Part shown: one piece after another, positions 62,616 through 64,000 of the stretch
How the letters are laid out: each line of letters starts with the position of its first letter
Numbering within the stretch: the first letter of the stretch is position 1
Assembly: GCA_965221545.1 (NCBI GenBank)
Contig: OZ244901.1
Location: forward strand, 2,205,891 to 2,269,890
DNA: 64,000 bases
Source of the DNA: Paracoccaceae bacterium
Lineage (GTDB): Bacteria; Pseudomonadota; Alphaproteobacteria; Rhodobacterales; Rhodobacteraceae
Reading direction: 5' to 3'
The notes under the pieces: generated by a model
What the model saw: only the letters and a program-made list of their open reading frames with translations
Told to the model about the DNA's origin: nothing
Databases searched by the model: none
Made by a program: the position numbers and the translations under genes

Positions 62616-63590
62616 ATGTCCTACAAGGCGTATGCCGCCACAATGCAAAGCGTTTGGTTCAGCGAGGACGAAGGTGCCAGTTGGAACCGTCTTCTGACCC
62701 CGACCGGTGGATTTTACAACGAGGCGCGCACATGGGCAATTTGCACCCATTCCGCTCGACCGGGCGAATTGCTCGTCGGATCCGATCAGGGTCTCTATCG
62801 CTTCAGCGAGGAATCCAAGCGGTTCGAACATGTCCCTTCACCAATGGAAGAGCTTCACATCCTGAAGATCGCGCAATCCCCCGTTGACCCGAACTGCATC
62901 GTCTGCGGGACGAGACCTGCCGAAATTTTCATCTCCGAAGACAACGGCGCGACCTGGATGCGTTCGAACCTCGATGCCTCGACGGAATGCTGGTTCATCA
63001 ACACATCGAGGGTAACGTCGGTCCACTTTGACCCGAAGGACGACGACACCATCTGGATAACGGTGGAGATCGATGGAGTGTTCAGGTCAACGGACCGCGG
63101 ACGGACCTGGGAAATGATCATCCGCGGCCTGCACGACAATGACACTCATGATCTGGTCTTCCGCGACCGTGAAGACGGAAGTCGCACCGTGCTGTGCTCG
63201 ACCGAAGACGGGGTTCACCGGTCGGACGACAACGGCGCCACCTGGGAGCAACTCGTCGTACCGAAGGCAAAGTGGGATTACTTTCGTTCGCTCAAGCAGC
63301 CGGCGGAAAACTCCGACACCGTCATCGCTTCGGTCGGCGACAAGCCGTCAGGTGAGGCGGGGCAACTGCTGATCTCGAAGGACTTTGGCGAGAGCTGGGC
63401 GGAATGCGAGATGTCGCATTCGGCAAATTCCACGATCTGGTCCATCGGGACGAATGCTGCGGATACAGGTCTGCTCTTCGCCGCCACGATCTTCGGGCAG
63501 ATTTTCAAGAGCGTTGACGGCGGCGAAAGCTGGCAGAAGATGAAGCGTGAGTTGGGCGAGATTCGAATGATCACGTGGGCACCGGTCTGA
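62616..63590 (+). CDS. BNR/Asp-box repeat beta-propeller protein with no signal peptide
   Basis: Six S-x-D-x-G-x-x-W boxes: SEDEGASW, SEDNGATW, STDRGRTW, SDDNGATW, SKDFGESW, SVDGGESW. RBS GAGGGGG lies 5 nt before ATG 62616. Confidence 0.7.
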   Translation: MSYKAYAATMQSVWFSEDEGASWNRLLTPTGGFYNEARTWAICTHSARPGELLVGSDQGLYRFSEESKRFEHVPSPMEELHILKIAQSPVDPNCIVCGTRPAEIFISEDNGATWMRSNLDASTECWFINTSRVTSVHFDPKDDDTIWITVEIDGVFRSTDRGRTWEMIIRGLHDNDTHDLVFRDREDGSRTVLCSTEDGVHRSDDNGATWEQLVVPKAKWDYFRSLKQPAENSDTVIASVGDKPSGEAGQLLISKDFGESWAECEMSHSANSTIWSIGTNAADTGLLFAATIFGQIFKSVDGGESWQKMKRELGEIRMITWAPV

Positions 63591-63601
63591 GGAGTGTGCT
63601 G

Positions 63602-64000
63602 ATGTTCCTTTTGAAACCACATGTCACCGGACCTGAAGGCCAGATCACGACACCGGACATCGTCGTCGACTGCCTGCTGGTCGACGGAAAGAAGCAGCCG
63701 CTCGGGCTCTTGACCCACAGCTGCTGGCAAGAGGTCGGGGCGGATGCCTCTGCCCATCCTGCCTATGCTCTGATGGCGCTTGGCGGCGGTGCGCTGATCC
63801 TGCCTGCGCACGTCATTTCAAACGGCCTTGTCATCGCCGCGCGCGCCGCTTGGCGGCTCAGCAATCTTGATGAACATGTCGGCGAAGTGACGCTGAACGG
63901 CGTTCCGCTCGCGGACCTGGAATTGCCTTCGGACCTGGTTGCCGCCGCCGGAGGCGCAGAAGACGCCCTGCCGCGCGGCTACATGCTTGTTCGGACAATG
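63602..64000 (+). CDS. Hypothetical protein, 3' end beyond the window (not in the supplied ORF track)
   Basis: ATG at 63602, 11 nt after the BNR gene stop. Open frame to the window end (MFLLKPHVTGPEGQITTPDIVVDCLLVDGKKQPLGLL...) with high third-position G+C. Confidence 0.45.
   Translation, partial: MFLLKPHVTGPEGQITTPDIVVDCLLVDGKKQPLGLLTHSCWQEVGADASAHPAYALMALGGGALILPAHVISNGLVIAARAAWRLSNLDEHVGEVTLNGVPLADLELPSDLVAAAGGAEDALPRGYMLVRTM

Overview
This is a 64-kb chromosomal segment from a roughly 60% G+C alphaproteobacterium. Gene order and regulatory motifs look Rhodobacterales/Rhizobiales-like, but the taxon cannot be proven without a database search. Most of the window is core metabolism and information processing. 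In order it contains: the 3' part of an IS200/IS605- or IS607-type tnpB at the left edge; an HNH endonuclease; glk with a LacI regulator and an aglEFGAK-type alpha-glucoside ABC transporter/alpha-glucosidase operon; guaB, an rsmB-like methyltransferase, recA (with alpha-type SOS boxes), alaS, an aminotransferase, cysS-cimA, tRNA-Leu(UAA), ycgN-ribF, prs, tpiA, sufT/iscA-like genes, tyrS and anmK. Then comes a complete respiratory nitrate reductase island: an FNR-family regulator, two narK genes, narGHJI and a parvulin PPIase, with FNR boxes. After that come lon, a BI-1 family protein, a PiT phosphate transporter coupled to a GPP34 gene, hisN, a cytochrome c' plus dihaem cytochrome c pair, hpt, ratA, hisE, hisF, hemB and a six-Asp-box BNR propeller. 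I saw no CRISPR array, prophage, rRNA or obvious multi-gene defence locus. The parts worth a second look are small. They are: the apparently intact TnpB with its presumptive omega-RNA/right end; a 12-codon Cys/Ile-rich upstream ORF in front of cysS; a low-G+C islet (about 55.3-58.1 kb) with a ChaC/GGCT-like protein, a small membrane protein with an overlapping Cys-rich mini-ORF, a YegP protein and over 1 kb of non-coding DNA; a 15% G+C, roughly 100-bp island with nested inverted repeats; an extra 350 bp (possible 89-codon ORF) wedged between hisF and hisE; a PiT-GPP34 start/stop overlap; and two decayed mobile/TA gene remnants. All functional calls come from reading the supplied translations by eye. 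No searches were run.
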